Below, piece by piece: positions 12,693-25,913 of a stretch of DNA of 64,000 bases. The stretch comes from Octopus vulgaris (taxonomy: Eukaryota), in NCBI GenBank assembly GCA_951406725.2, contig OX597815.1, positions 105,834,001-105,898,000 of the forward strand. Reading direction: 5' to 3'. A program made the position numbers and the translations under genes. Numbering within the stretch: the stretch's first letter is position 1; each line of letters begins with the position of its first letter. The notes beneath the pieces were generated by a model, which made no database searches, had not been told where the DNA came from, and saw nothing but the letters and a program-made list of their open reading frames with translations.

Positions 12693-12880
12693 TATGTGTG
12701 TGTATATATGTAAGTGTACATGTGTATGGATATATATGTTTGAATGTATGTGTGTGTATATATATATATGTTTGTGTGTGTATGTATGCATGTATGTGTG
12801 TATGTGTGTGTATATATATATATATAGAGAGAGAGAGAGATAGATAGACAGATGGATAAATATATATATATATATTTCAG

Positions 12881-13010
12881 GCCAAGAAACGCCAAATATA
12901 CTTGGAAGAAAAGCACACTGGATGTATGCGTGAGTTAGACATCCTTCTACACAACTTTCTGATTGAAGACAAATCTAAACTCGCTAAGAATACAGTATCT
13001 AAACCTGGGA
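12881..13010 (+). CDS. CCDC171: CCDC171-like exon
   Basis: tttcag acceptor, gtaagt donor. AKKRQIYLEEKHTGCMRELDILLHNF resembles the vertebrate CCDC171 segment AKKHQAFL..ELESILDSF (from memory); phase 0 to 1. Confidence 0.88.
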
Positions 13011-14752
13011 GTAAGTATAATGTAAAGATTTTATATTAATCACTGAATTTTATTGCAGTGGCAGAACTTCAGACTGAGCTGTAAGATATTGCTTGTAACA
13101 TTATTATATAAAGTTACAGGAAAACTGGCTTTCAGACTCTATTTATTATTCTGTCAATTTTTCAATAAATCTCTCTCTCCCCACCCCCACCCCCAAGCTG
13201 CAAATTTCTAACTCCTTATGTTTTCTTTATTATCGTTTTCATTACTATCATCATCTTTTCTTTCATCAATCAGCATCATCATAATAATACTTTTATTAAG
13301 ACTAGTGATAACATTATTATCACTACCACTATTACTACTTCACCCTCTGGAGCTGAAGTAATTGTAACTAGCTTAAATTAATTGAGATACTTGGGTCAAG
13401 AAAGTCCAAATCAATTTAATTAATTATTACAAGTACAACACTTTGCAATACTCCAGTCTATCAACTATATAGTCTGCATGTCAAATACAATCAAGTGTAT
13501 GACCTTACCAAAGGTCAATGAAAGGCAAATTTGGTTACAAATATGGTTGTGTTAATAATTAGTTTCTTTCACAAATCCATGGTTTTAGGTTCAATCTCAC
13601 TGATCAGTACCTTGCCAAATGTCTCCTATGATAGCCTTGTATCATCCAAAGTCTTGTAAACATGAAGAAGCAGTGTGGAAGTTCATCAAATGGACTATAT
13701 CTGCCTTAGATGGTAGACTTAATTGTTCACTTGGTTGAACACTACCATCTGACCTTTGTGTACTTTTAACATTGTCCATTCTTTAAATCTTCTGTATGGG
13801 GATGATCTAAGAGGCATAGTTTTTTGAGCCAATCATGGACAGTATCCTTCCTCATTTAACTTAACTATTGAATGTTTTTAAATATTGGTAGAACTTTTCC
13901 TTTGTTGTGTTTAGACCCATGCCAACTTTGACTGAGCAAGCTTATTATTACCCTGTCTTTTTAAGGTGTCTTAATTTGTCTTTTGTCTTTCATATTTAAG
14001 CCTATGGGATTCAATTTGAGCAAGATTTGGTAGTTAATTCTAACAAGTCAAGTAACCAATTAGAGTATCTCTTATTGGCTCATTTCTTTCTTTTAGATAA
14101 TAAGACAAAGTATTTAGTCCATAAGGTTTTGGGTTCAGTTCTACTGTGTGGTACATTGGGCAAATATCTTCCACTCTAGCTCTGCTCTGACCAAAACTTT
14201 TTTAGTAGATAGAAACTGAAAGAAGCCTGCCATGTGTGTGTGTGTCTCTGTTTGTGTTTGACAACTGGTGTTGGATTGCTTACATCCCCATAACTTAGTC
14301 TTCTGTGAAAAGAGGCCTATACAATAAGTATCAGATTTAAAAAAAAAAAAATAAGTACTGGGGTTGATTTGTTCATCTAAAACCCTTCAATGTGGTACCC
14401 CAGCAAGGCTGCAGTCCAATGACTGAAACAAGTAAGCAATGAAAGATATGACATTACCTTAATTTCTACTTTAGAATTGAATAATAATAATCCAGTCTTA
14501 CTGTAGAGCTGATCATTTGCTCAGTGCAGTAAATGAGGAAGGAGAGGTTTAGTAATAATTGCATAAATTAAGGAGTGAGAGATGTGATCTTAGAGTTCAG
14601 TTAGCTTTAGTAGAACAGGCAGACTTTAAACAGATGCTTCTTCATTTATAATTTTTTCATACCAAAGGCTACTATTTAAGATTTGTGACTATAACAAAAG
14701 TAAGATATTTGATGTTATTACACACATGTGAGTGAGAACACTTTGAGATATA

Positions 14753-15727
14753 TTTGGTATCTAACATATGTCAGATACTGTGAGCGCTGCTTCTGATTGG
14801 TCAATCCATGGTGATGACCCAAGGTCATGGTGACGGCACTACTTTTGTCATTCATAAGTTACAACTAAACTTCATTCATTACTTTCATGAGCAGGTAGAA
14901 TGTAGCCATGTAATTAAACAAACATACTATCTTTTTTTATACCAGATATCACTTAAAGTCATATACACATAAAATATAAACATTTCTGGTGGTAATTCAA
15001 TTTTTTGTTGCCAGAAAAATCACAACATATTTCGTCTGCTCGTCGATACTCTTGCAGTGCAGGTAGATCTATCAACAAGATAGCTACTGTTGTCGATATC
15101 AAGGTGAATGATTTTGTTAAGATTGATGGTAAAGATGGGGGAAGAGTGTTATCCGTTGTTCAATCTCTTGGAACATACAGAATGTTCAAAGTCAAGATCA
15201 ATACTGGCCAAGTTCGACATGTTGCTGGATACAGGTTAACAAAGGTACCTGAAACAGTGTCATCGACGAGTGGATTGTCATAGAAAACAGGTTTGAGTAT
15301 TATTAAAGTTATTGAAGATTCAATCTGTGTTATGTATTTCTTGAACGTGAACTTGAATGTTAACAAAATGTTAAACAGTCATCAGTTATCAGTCATTTCA
15401 CCTGAAAACTTAGCGCTATAAAGTCGGACTATCTTCCTGCGGCATGACATATTTTACAGTTACACATTGTGACGTCACTGACGTGAAATCAAGCTGTATT
15501 CATGCGCGCTTCAACACGATGTGAAGAATTTAGTTATTGGGTTAATAAAATATGGTCGTTTATTCGTGTGTAATAAATAAAATACCAAACGAGTTCCCTA
15601 TGGATACCATATTTATTACAACGAGTGGCTTGTAAACGTATCTAACTCGCTTTTGCTCGTTAGATACGTTTACAAGCCACTCGTAATAAATACGGTATCC
15701 ATAGGGAACTCGTTTGGTATTCTCTAT
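14753..15727 (+). mobile_element. Hairpin-terminated non-autonomous DNA element (Crypton-like?) with small ORF
   Basis: CpG-rich relative to flanks; tttggtat at both ends; terminal palindrome 15581-15721; ORF 15005-15283. Family assignment is inference. Confidence 0.5.
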
Positions 15728-17244
15728 ATATCATCAGTATTTAAGATATCTGAATATACTACAGTCTGTCAATATATTGGTCATAGCACAGATATATAAC
15801 CAGAATTTAAACTATACTAGTATATTACTAGCACAGTAATGTAACTAATATGTTGTGCTATGTGAAAGTGAAATTCAATCAAATTTTGTCATTCATTAAA
15901 ATACATCTTATTTGGATAGCTGCATTTATAAGTTTTTTTTTTTAGTATTCAATCAGACTGATTGAGAAAATCTAATACAAGCCACTTAACAACAGTAACA
16001 ACAAGTATTATTCAATTTATCACTGCTATCTGGATGAGCCATTATAAGATCGAAACTGAAAGCTGCAACTACTGATCACATCATTATTAATCTTTAGTCC
16101 TGTATATACCATAAAGCCACTCTAGAAAATAGGGTTGGTAATACAAAATCTAGTCTTTCGAATTTCAAAGAAAGTTTAGCTTTGACTTAGTTTGGGAGTG
16201 TTTTGTACAAATATCTAGATCAAAGTGAACATGAGAACCAGACAAACTATTGGCAAAGGTTTGATGTCAAATATTTTGCTGAAAATCGAAGTTATATACT
16301 TTGCCAACACTAAAATATAATCACCCTTCTCTCACTTCAGCAGATTCAGATGCACTAATTTTTTTTCTCTTTTACAATATCTTATAACTGTTCCTACCCC
16401 TGTTTCTTTTGATTTCAAATGATCTTTAGATTCTATGCCACTTTTCTCCTCACTAGAGATTAGAATCCACTGAACCAATTCCAGCAGTAACATAAACGGA
16501 AATATCTGTTTTCTAATGTTTTGTAATCTGCACTAATAAAAAAAAAATTGTTGTACTTATATTTCTGTCTGATATATTGATTAGATAGTGACGTTTGTGT
16601 TGTTGTCGACACCAAAAAACTAGATAAGCTACTTTATAGTAGTTATTTGATGTTTCATGTCTCTTAAGTTCAAATTCTGCCTCAACTGACATTAATTTTT
16701 CACCTTCTGAATTCAATAAAAGCCATAATAATAATTTCCAAGAGAATGAGTCAAGTAAGTATAATATCTCTTCTTTGAGAAAAAAAAATTAACTTTTTAG
16801 CAACAGAAAGCCATAATATCAATTTGAACATCATCTATACTTCCTTATTGGTGTTAAAACATTATTCAATTTAAATCATTATTTGTGATTGTCTCTTATT
16901 AGATTTATAAGATAGAAATTAGAATATCAAGCAGGTTCTCTCCAAAATGCTTAAACACATTGAATACATTTTTTCTCTTTAATGCTCTATCAGTTGCCTT
17001 TTTCCCAACATTCCATTTGAATACTACCTTTTCTTTTCAGTTAAGATTTAAGGTAGTTTTTATATTTTAACTTTGGTTTGTAAGTAATGTAACTAATATG
17101 TTCTCCACAGCACAGATTTCTTAATTGTCACACTACTTTTGCAAGTGCTTTGGCATGAAACTCTAACCTTTGAGTCATTCCTGTAGTTTCACAGCTAATA
17201 TATATTATATAGATATATGAGAGAGAGAGAGAGAGAGAGATGCA

Positions 17245-17636
17245 GACATGGCTGTGTGGTTAAGAAGTTTGCTTCCCAACCTCTTGCTTTCAGCTTAGTC
17301 TCACCAAGTGACACCTTCTATAGTCCAACTCCTTTTGAGTGGAGTTTGTTGATGGGAACTGAGAGAAGCTTGTCATATGTATATATGTATGCATATGCTC
17401 ATGTTTGTGCCACTTTGTCTTGACATTTCTGGATAGCTGTAAATGAGAGCCACTGTTATACAAGCAGTGTTCTTCAGTTCCAATTTTCAGTGAAAACATG
17501 TCTGATCAAGGGGAAATATCATATCTGAAAACAAATGAGGGTTGGCAACAGGAAGGGTATCTGGTTGTAGAATATCTATTTCAACAAATTCTGACCTATG
17601 CAAGCATGGAAAAGTAGATATTAAAAGTATGATGAA
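17245..17636 (+). mobile_element. tRNA-derived SINE with RTE-type tail
   Basis: Same head as 5577, but the 3' end aggaagggtatc...gcaagcatggaaaagtagatattaaaagtatgatga matches the RTE 3' end. Similar copies at ~35545-35945 (-) and ~49065-49568 (+). Confidence 0.75.
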
Positions 17637-18702
17637 TGAATTATTGAAACTCTATCAGTGTCATAGAACTTATTGCTGAGTTATATCCCAAACTGCAGTG
17701 CACCAGTGATTGGCCCATTAGATATGGGCCAATCACTGCTAATGTTCACACTTCTTAAGATACATCAGTAAGATATATCTGATATAAACTTATTACCTTT
17801 ACACCCAATCATCATTTTTCCTGCTAACATCAGTTGGATGGATCTCCCAGTGTCTCATCACATGTCTGCAATCCCTCATCGTCTGGCATACACAACAACA
17901 AAAGAAACTGATTATCTCTACTATTGTATGTCTTTTTTTAGAAGAGAGGTATGACTTTAACAGCTGAATGTGCTTGCTATCACCAAGTATTTTACAAGAA
18001 GGACTGGGTACATTCTATGATACAACTGGTACTAAATTGTTTGCAAAACAAAAGAATCCTTCTGCCCTATCTTGCCCTCATTTTTCTTTGCTATTATTTT
18101 TCCTATCATTTTTCAGTGTGGACTAAGTTCATTTTACCTTGATATTGGCACTAGAGAGATTGTCTCTGACAAGATTAAAGAGACTTTCAACACTACATCC
18201 CCACTGTTTGTTCCTTCCTATCAATGATAAATAATTAAGTAATTTTACTCCTTAAAATTAACTGAAATTTGTAGGTAGTCTGCTGATGCAGTAATTGTCT
18301 GATCATTTCTAACTTCTAAATAGAAATGTGTAATACCCTTATAAATGTGTAATAAATTTCTATCTTATCATAAATTAGCATTTCTGAAGACTATAGTAAA
18401 GTAAATTTCAGGAGTTGTATCTTGTGGATAAGATAGGAAAACACTGAGGCAAGTAGTGTTATGGTTATGGCTTGTAGTAGGCAGCAACCAAACTATACCA
18501 GTATGGGAACTATACTAAACTAAACTATAAGCAGGTATTAACAGTGATGATTGCAGTGAATTGTATCACATTGAATTTTCTTGTTGTTTTCATGCACTTC
18601 GCAAAGCAATATGTTATTTAAACATGATGCCTTAAAGGGTAGAAGAGGAACGTGTGATGTATGTTCCTTTCTCAAAGTAATGGCAGTGTTTATATTCTGT
18701 AG

Positions 18703-18824
18703 AGCATGATCTTCTTCCTGGAAAATCCTTGAAATCTGGTGTCTTGACAACTTCATCAGCAACAGAACAATTACGTCAAATTTTGACAACATATAAACAC
18801 AAGGTTGATAAAGCTGCTGAAGAG
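18703..18824 (+). CDS. CCDC171: CCDC171-like exon
   Basis: ctgtag acceptor, gtgagc donor. ...SSATEQLRQILTTYKHKVDKAAEE (cf. CCDC171 [21 protein letters not shown], recalled); phase 1 to 0. Confidence 0.88.
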
Positions 18825-18869
18825 GTGAGCATTTTATAAAATTCCCTGAAAAATACACGTTCACAAGAA

Positions 18870-19760
18870 ATTACTCCTATTCTATAGTACTTACACCCAC
18901 TCTTTAGTACTTACCCCTGCTCTCTAATACCACCACTCTATAGCAAATATAGTCTATGTATAATAATGACTTACTTCTCCTCTGTTGCACTTACCTCTAT
19001 ACTATTGTAATTGCTAACTGCTCTATAATGAATACTTAACACTTTCCTCTAAAGAACATTTACCATTACTCTACTTAACCACATTTTCTATGAAATTTTT
19101 TCTATGCTGTAGTGGTTGTTACCCCTATGCTATTTTACTTACTACTTTTCTACAGAGCACTTAACTCTATAAAACTGTTAGTCTAATTTACACGTATAGT
19201 ATTTACCTCTAACCTATAACATTTTTCCTCTACTGTGTAGTATTTCTACTTTATAGTACTTAAATCTGTTCTATAGTACTTACATCTAATATGTAAAACT
19301 TATTCTACCTGTGTAGTAAGTACTCGCTTCAGATTTATAGGGTTTATTTCTAATTTATACTGATTACTTGTCTTACCTCTACTCTTATTTCTACTCTACA
19401 GTATTTTTTTCTTCCCTGTAGTACTCAATAGGTCATACCTCTACACTATAGTATGCACCCTTATCTACAATAAATATACACCTATACTCTTTAATACCTA
19501 CACCAACTCAACAACAAATACATTCCTCTATACTGTAATAAATACTTGCCTCTTCTCTGTAGTGCTTATTTCTTCTTTGTATTTTACTTACCTCTATTCA
19601 GTAGGGCTTACTTCCACTGAGTTGTGTTTACTGCTATTCTATATTACCTCTGTTTTTTAGGGCTTATCTCTTCTTGAAAATATTTATCTTTACTCTAAAT
19701 TACTTACCTCAACTACTAAAGTACTTATTTTTATTGTGCTTTATAGTACTAATCTCTGCT
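18870..19760. repeat. Degenerate ~20-nt minisatellite (ctctatagtacttac-like)
   Basis: Recurrent tagtactta / ttacctcta variants at roughly 20-25 nt spacing. Confidence 0.7.
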
Positions 19761-21512
19761 CTTTTGTGTTTTATGTGAATCGCATCTCTAATGGCATGTG
19801 ATTTATTTGTGAATATCATCAATTGAATTAATAAAATAATTTCATAAACTGTTCACTCAGACCAGAAGGATCAAAGGCAAGTTGACTCTGATTGTCCAAA
19901 TAGATGAAACATCAAACAAGATAGATATATGCTGGAATGCATAAAGCCCAAATAATTATATTATTGATCTTAAAATATAGATAATGGTTGAACTACTTCA
20001 GAATGAAATAGAGTTTTATGACTACAGAGATAAAGATGTCTTTAAATTCAGTACAATACTTACTTAACAATGAGTAGTGATTATGAATAGAATTATTGTC
20101 TGTGTTTCATCACTTCTTTAATGTTCAATTTTGATATGCTGGCATTGGTTGGTCCACTATCTTTTCAGATACTTCATTCCTGTATCTTCTCAAGTATTAA
20201 CATTCCTTCATTCTCTACTCTAATCTACCTCTTCTCCACTTCCTTAACTCATTTGTTTTCAGCTTTTCTAGTTAGTTAAATTTATACACCCCACAAATCA
20301 TTCTCCACTTGCTCCACTGTAATTACACATTACTTGTACTTAACTATTAAAATGCATCTGTTTCTGTTTATTGCATCAAGACACAGACTGCTTTTGATAG
20401 AGGTTGCAGTTCTTGGCATTAACTATAGCAAGTTAAGTAAAAAGCTAAGTTGTTTCCAGTAGTATTAACAAAGCATCAAACTTTGGATACTATAATGCTA
20501 CTCAACTATCAGCCTATTCCCTGCTTCCCTATTAATTTTAATGTTTTTTGACCTGGTAGAAGACAATTTTCTACTAGACACAACACACCAAACTGTTGCA
20601 TTGTCATTGACTGCAGTGTAATACTGACATTTAATTTATTAACCCCAGTGAGATAAAATGTGAAGTTGTATAGGGTTTGAAAACAGTGATCTACATGTAA
20701 AGTATTTCAGGAAAGTATCCAATCTGGTCATCTATACCAGCCACCATCCAATCTCTCTCTCAGCAATCTCAGCCATCTGTATCACCCACCAACCCTATCC
20801 AATCTGACATCTTGCTCTTTCAGTGATCTACACCATTTACTATATTATCAGAATAAGTTTCATAATGAGTTTTTTATAAAGAAATCTTTGGTTTATAGTG
20901 ATATTCATACTTTCCTTATCAGCATTAATAATGAAAATGAAATAAAATGTCTACAAGCAATAGCTGATCCAGTCAGATTATTGTTATATACATCACTATA
21001 ATAATTATTTCTAGCAAAGGTACAAAACCACACATTTTGAGGAGAGTATAACTGATATTAACAGCCCCTGTACTTGATTAGTACAATTTTATGATACAAC
21101 CCCCCACCCACCCAGAAACTGAAAGGCAAAGTGAACCCAGGTGGAATTTGAACTCAGGCTATAAAAGGATATAACTAAATACTATCTACAGCATGTTCAT
21201 TTCTCTGCTACATCCATTCCTCTGCACAACCCTGAATATTAATGAAATAGATTTCTAACATAGGCTCAACAGAAATATTGAGGATTAAGCTGACCCAAGT
21301 ATATGACTGGTACTTTTATTTTATTGACCCAGAAAGGTTAGAAAGTAAAGTGGATCTCAGGAGGATTTAAAATCAGAGCATGAAAGGGTTTATCAAAAAA
21401 TAAAAATTTTCTTCACTTCCTTACCATGTACCTCCCAAATAAGATTAATGATTACAATATTTAAATCAAATGTTTTCCTTAAATGTATTTACCTTATCTT
21501 TAATCTCTGTAG

Positions 21513-21602
21513 AACATCAAGCAGAAGTCTTTGGTGAATAGTTTATCAAAAGAAATTGCCACTTTCAAAGAGCTGTTGATCACAAAAGACAGAACTATTG
21601 AA
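21513..21602 (+). CDS. CCDC171: CCDC171-like exon
   Basis: ctctgtag acceptor, gtaaat donor. NIKQKSLVNSLSKEIATFKELLITKDRTIE, 90 nt, phase 0/0. Confidence 0.8.
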
Positions 21603-22281
21603 GTAAATATGCTGGAACCTTTTTTCTTTCCTGATTCTGTTTTACCTTAACTTTTGAAGAAGACTTTCTTCACTGCACTTATTTCATTTCAAAGAGATCA
21701 CTGCCATACTATTCATTTCCAGGTAACTTTTATATATTTTAAAGTTGCACACCAGAAGAATATTTCCATTAGTCTTGTTCGTTAGATTTTTTTTCTATCT
21801 GACATACACCTAAATTTTCAGCTGTACATTAAGATGTGTTCTTTATTTTCTATCCTTCCACACACACACACACACACACACACATGTTAAATAGTGTGAA
21901 TGTGTGTCTGCACATGCAATTTAGTTTCCTAGGGCCCTATATTTATAGTCTGTTACTTTTTATTTTTGCTATTTTCTGTTCATTTTTTTGTAAATTTACA
22001 TGTTTTAAATATGTTCTTGTTTGCTATATATTCTTTGGAAAGTATTTCCTAAAAATATATATATATATATAGATATATAAATGCAAAATCCAAGAATTGA
22101 GGTGTAGAAAGAAGGTGAGCTTCAAGCAGTCTGTAGAAAATATAAAAAGCAACTTTCAGGAACAATAGTGGTTTATTGGCATAGAAGGTTGTGAATATTT
22201 CCCATATCGAAGTACGATAAGATGAAAAAAATTCATATAATCAAGATATCCTTGATAACTTCATGTAATCAAGATATTCTT

Positions 22282-22365
22282 GGCCTGAAGAGTAGCCTGT
22301 GGTATACACCTCAATTGGATAGTTACTGCTTCCAAGGTTCCACTCGCTATGAAACATATGGAGTC
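22282..22365 (+). ncRNA. Decayed hammerhead-like motif
   Basis: ggc-CTGAAGA-gtagc...gctat-GAAA-catatg-ga-gtc. Palindromic stem III, but the cleavage-site U is replaced by G. Confidence 0.4.
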
Positions 22366-22387
22366 TGTATTTTATGTACTTCAGCAT

Positions 22388-22730
22388 TATCATCATTGTC
22401 ATTTAACGTCCACTTTTCATGCTGGCATGGGTTGGACTGTTTGACTGAGGGCTGGCAAGCCAGAAGGCTGCACCAGGCTCCAACCTGATCTGGCAAAGTT
22501 TCTACAGTTGGATGCCCTTCCTAATGCCAACCACTCCGAGAGTGTAGTGGGTGCTTTTTACATGCCACTGGCATGAGGGTGGTGCTGGCATCAAGCGCAC
22601 GCGAATGGTTCTTTTTACATGCCACCAGCCAGATCAGATTAGAGGCTGTAGCAGCCTCCTGGCTTGCCAGTCCCCAGTCAAACTGTCCAACCCATGCCAG
22701 CATGGAAACAGAAGTTTAATGATGATGATG
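22388..22730. mobile_element. Head-to-head pair of RTE 3' tails
   Basis: 22388-22494 is the imperfect reverse complement of 22626-22730; (CAT)n and (GAT)n tails at the outer ends. Confidence 0.75.
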
Positions 22731-22760
22731 TATATATGTCTGTAAATATAGATATGTATG

Positions 22761-22811
<51 letters not shown>

Positions 22812-23171
22812 ATGTATGTATATATTTATATGTATGTGTGTATATATATATATAAGGAAATAGATTCATACAATTAAAAATTTATTACATTATAATATAA
22901 AGTAATATACTATAATAAGATGTAATATAATATAACAAATAATTAAAACAAATATAAATCTGTAAAACTAAGTAAACTTCTGTTACTTTATTTATATATA
23001 TATATTATCTTTTTTATCTAAGAAATAGTATCATTTATAATAATCGTAGCTTTATACATGAGTTTAATTGATTTACAGTGATATTTTCCTCTGATAAACC
23101 AAGTAAATTTGTGTTTTTTACTTGTTATTTACTAAGAATAATGTTTATATTAGTAGGAATGCATATATTTG

Positions 23172-24409
23172 AATAATTGGGTGTTGAGGCAGTTACTCAA
23201 CAACTCAAATGTGGACGTAATATACCTTGACTTTGCAAAAGCTTTTGATAAAGTGGATCATGCTATGATATCCCACAAACTGCATGATCTTGGCATAGCT
23301 GGAAAACTTGGACAGTGGTTACATGACTTTGGAGCCATCTCAAAGGAAACACAAATAGTGAGTGATGTTCCACAGGGTTCTGTCTTGGGACCACTGCTTT
23401 TCATAGTGGCTCTCTCAGATATGCCCTCAGCTGCCCAGATAGCCACCCTTGCTAGCTACGTAAATGATAGGAAAGTCTCACAGAAAATACAGAACCCCAG
23501 CGATGTTGCACACCTGCTGCAGGAGTTGGACTCAATTTACAGGTGGGCTGAGAACAATAATATGCAGTCTAATGCCGAAAAATTCCAGACCCTGTGCTAC
23601 CAGCGTCCAAAACTGAATTTAAAACTTACAGGGTACACTGGTCCACAGGGGATTACAATCTCAGAGCCTAAATCAGTGAGGAACCTGGGTATTGACATGA
23701 GTGATGATACCTCTTTCTAAGTGCACATTACCAGGATGGCGACAAAGTGCAGATGACTGGCTGGATGGATCCTGAGAACATTCAGAACCAGAGATAAGGA
23801 AACCATGATGGTCCACTGGAGGACATACATCCCCAGCTGGCTGGATTACTGCTCCCAGCTATGGTCATCCAACAGTGTAAAATTAACAGCAGACCTTGAA
23901 GTAATCCAGTGAAGCTTCACAAAGATCATCTCTTTGCAACAGCTCAGCTACTGGGAAAGGCTGAAACAGCTAAGACTCTACACCCTGGAGTGAAGGCGGG
24001 AGAGTCATGCAGCAATATACATCTGGAAGATCCTGGAAGGAATTGTGCCAAATTTTGGCATTGACAGCTACACCAATGCCAGAACAGGGCGACAATGCAC
24101 AGTGCCAAAGATCCCAGCAATGCCATCATGCTTCAGGACCAGTTGCTGCACAGCCTGGGTTTCAGGGGCCTACAACTTTTTAATATTCTCCCAAAAAGCC
24201 TGAGGAACCTGCACAAAGTAGATGTCGGAGTTTTTAAATCAAGGCTGGACCTCTACCTGTAGAGAGTCCCAGATGAACCTACCTCACGGCAAGAGGTGCA
24301 AATGAGGGTTGCTACATCAAGTTCCATTCTTCACCAAGTGCCACATATTACTGTAGCAAAATGGCGGTGCTCCAGCATGCCCACAGCTCTTAGTGGAAAC
24401 TAAAAAAAA
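23172..24409 (+). mobile_element. 5'-truncated CR1/L2-group LINE (RT pseudogene + 3' end)
   Basis: DVIYLDFAKAFDKVDH, VPQGSVLGPLLF, degenerate YADD (YVND), VRNLG; stops downstream; A-rich tail before (TA)n. Confidence 0.9.
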
Positions 24410-24431
24410 TGTATGTATATATATATATATA

Positions 24432-25903
24432 CAGTGGGGGGAAATAAATATTTGTACATGTCAAAATTCTTTATTTATCTAATTTCTAATGAACATAAAT
24501 GGGATATACCAATACTATATTTGCATACACATGCATGCATAAACTAAGAATATGTAAAAGAAACTAATAAATTATAGTAACTAAGGAATTTATATACAAT
24601 CATAAATATTTAGGGGTGAAAAAAGTATTCGTACAGAATAAATTTATGATTTTTTTTATGCCACAAAATACTGTTAAAATAATATTTTTTTACTAGAACT
24701 TTCTCATTTGTTCCAATAATCTTATCAGTTGTCATTTTTAAGTGCCAAAACGCTAGCTTCTTCATTCAGCGCTGAGACAACATAAAGTACTACCGTAATA
24801 ATGGCAAAAAGTAAAGAACTCACAAATACAGTGAAAAACTCAATTATTGAACAGTGGAAAGCAGGTAAAAATTACAGGAAAATATCAGAGACCCTTTATA
24901 TTCCATTTTCTACCACATCTTCATTTATTCAAAGATATAAAAAATCAGGAACTGTTGAAAACAGAATATGATCCAGTGCACCATGCAAGATTTCCCCTAG
25001 ATCTTTAAGAAAAATGAAGTGAAGAATCGAAAAAAACACAATGATCACCAGAAAGGAGTTATAAGAAGATTTGTTAGCTTCAGGGACTAGTGTTACACTA
25101 TGAACAATAGCAATGGACTTCATAGGAATGAACTGAAGTCACACTCTCCTAGAAAAACTCCGCTGTTGACTAAAAGGCATAGAGATGCCCGTTTAAAATT
25201 TGTTTATGAACATAAAGATAAACCTGATACATTCTGGGAAAATGTTCTATGGACAGACGAGTCGAAAATTGAATTGTTTGGAAGAAATTTGCGTAGCCAT
25301 GTTTGGAGGAAAGATGGTACTGCCTATTCGCCGAAAAACACAATTCCTACCATGAAGTTTGGAGGTGGAAACATCATGGTGTTGGGGTGTTTATCTGCAA
25401 ATGGTACTGGCAATTTACATGTGATAGATAGTAGAATGAATGCAGAGATGTACCAAAATATTTTTAACAATAATTTATGGGACTCTGCAGAAAAGCTCCA
25501 GCTTTGTGAAGGGTGGGTTTTAAAACAGGATAACAACCCTAAGCACACGGCAAAGTCTACCAAAAAATGGATTGTCGATCACAATATAAAATTATCAGAA
25601 TGGCCAAGCCAGTCACCTGACTTGAACCCCAGTGAAAATTTGTGGCATTATTTTAAAATTAAAATTCATTCAAGAGCCCCAATGTGCATTGCAGATTTGA
25701 AGAAAATTTGTCAAGGAGAATGGGAAAAAATTCCTAAAGAAACATGCAAGTCATTGATTAAGAACTACAAGAAGAGATTGGTTGAAGTGGAACTGAATAA
25801 TGGTTATGCTACGAAGTATTAAATCAGAATTATCAGTTATTTATGTTCTGTACGAATACTTTTTTCACCCCTAAATATTTATAATTTTATATAAATTCCT
25901 TAG
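24432..25903 (+). mobile_element. Tc1 IR/DR-type transposon with DD34E transposase pseudogene, right TIR truncated
   Basis: TA-cagtggggg terminus; inner repeat 24611-24640 mirrored at 25842-25873. ATG 24801 MAKSKEL with stops/frameshift; 25100-25822 has WTDESK, QDNNPKH, SPDLNPSENLW. Confidence 0.93.
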
Positions 25904-25913
25904 TATCTATAAT

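Noticed and set aside
16030-16070. Hammerhead-like ctggatgagcc...cgaaactgaaag
   Set aside because: The core has an insertion and stems I-III cannot be paired convincingly.
21690-21728. Strong donor-like ccag/gtaact after exon 21513
   Set aside because: No open in-phase exon precedes it, and the donor at 21603 already gives a continuous frame.
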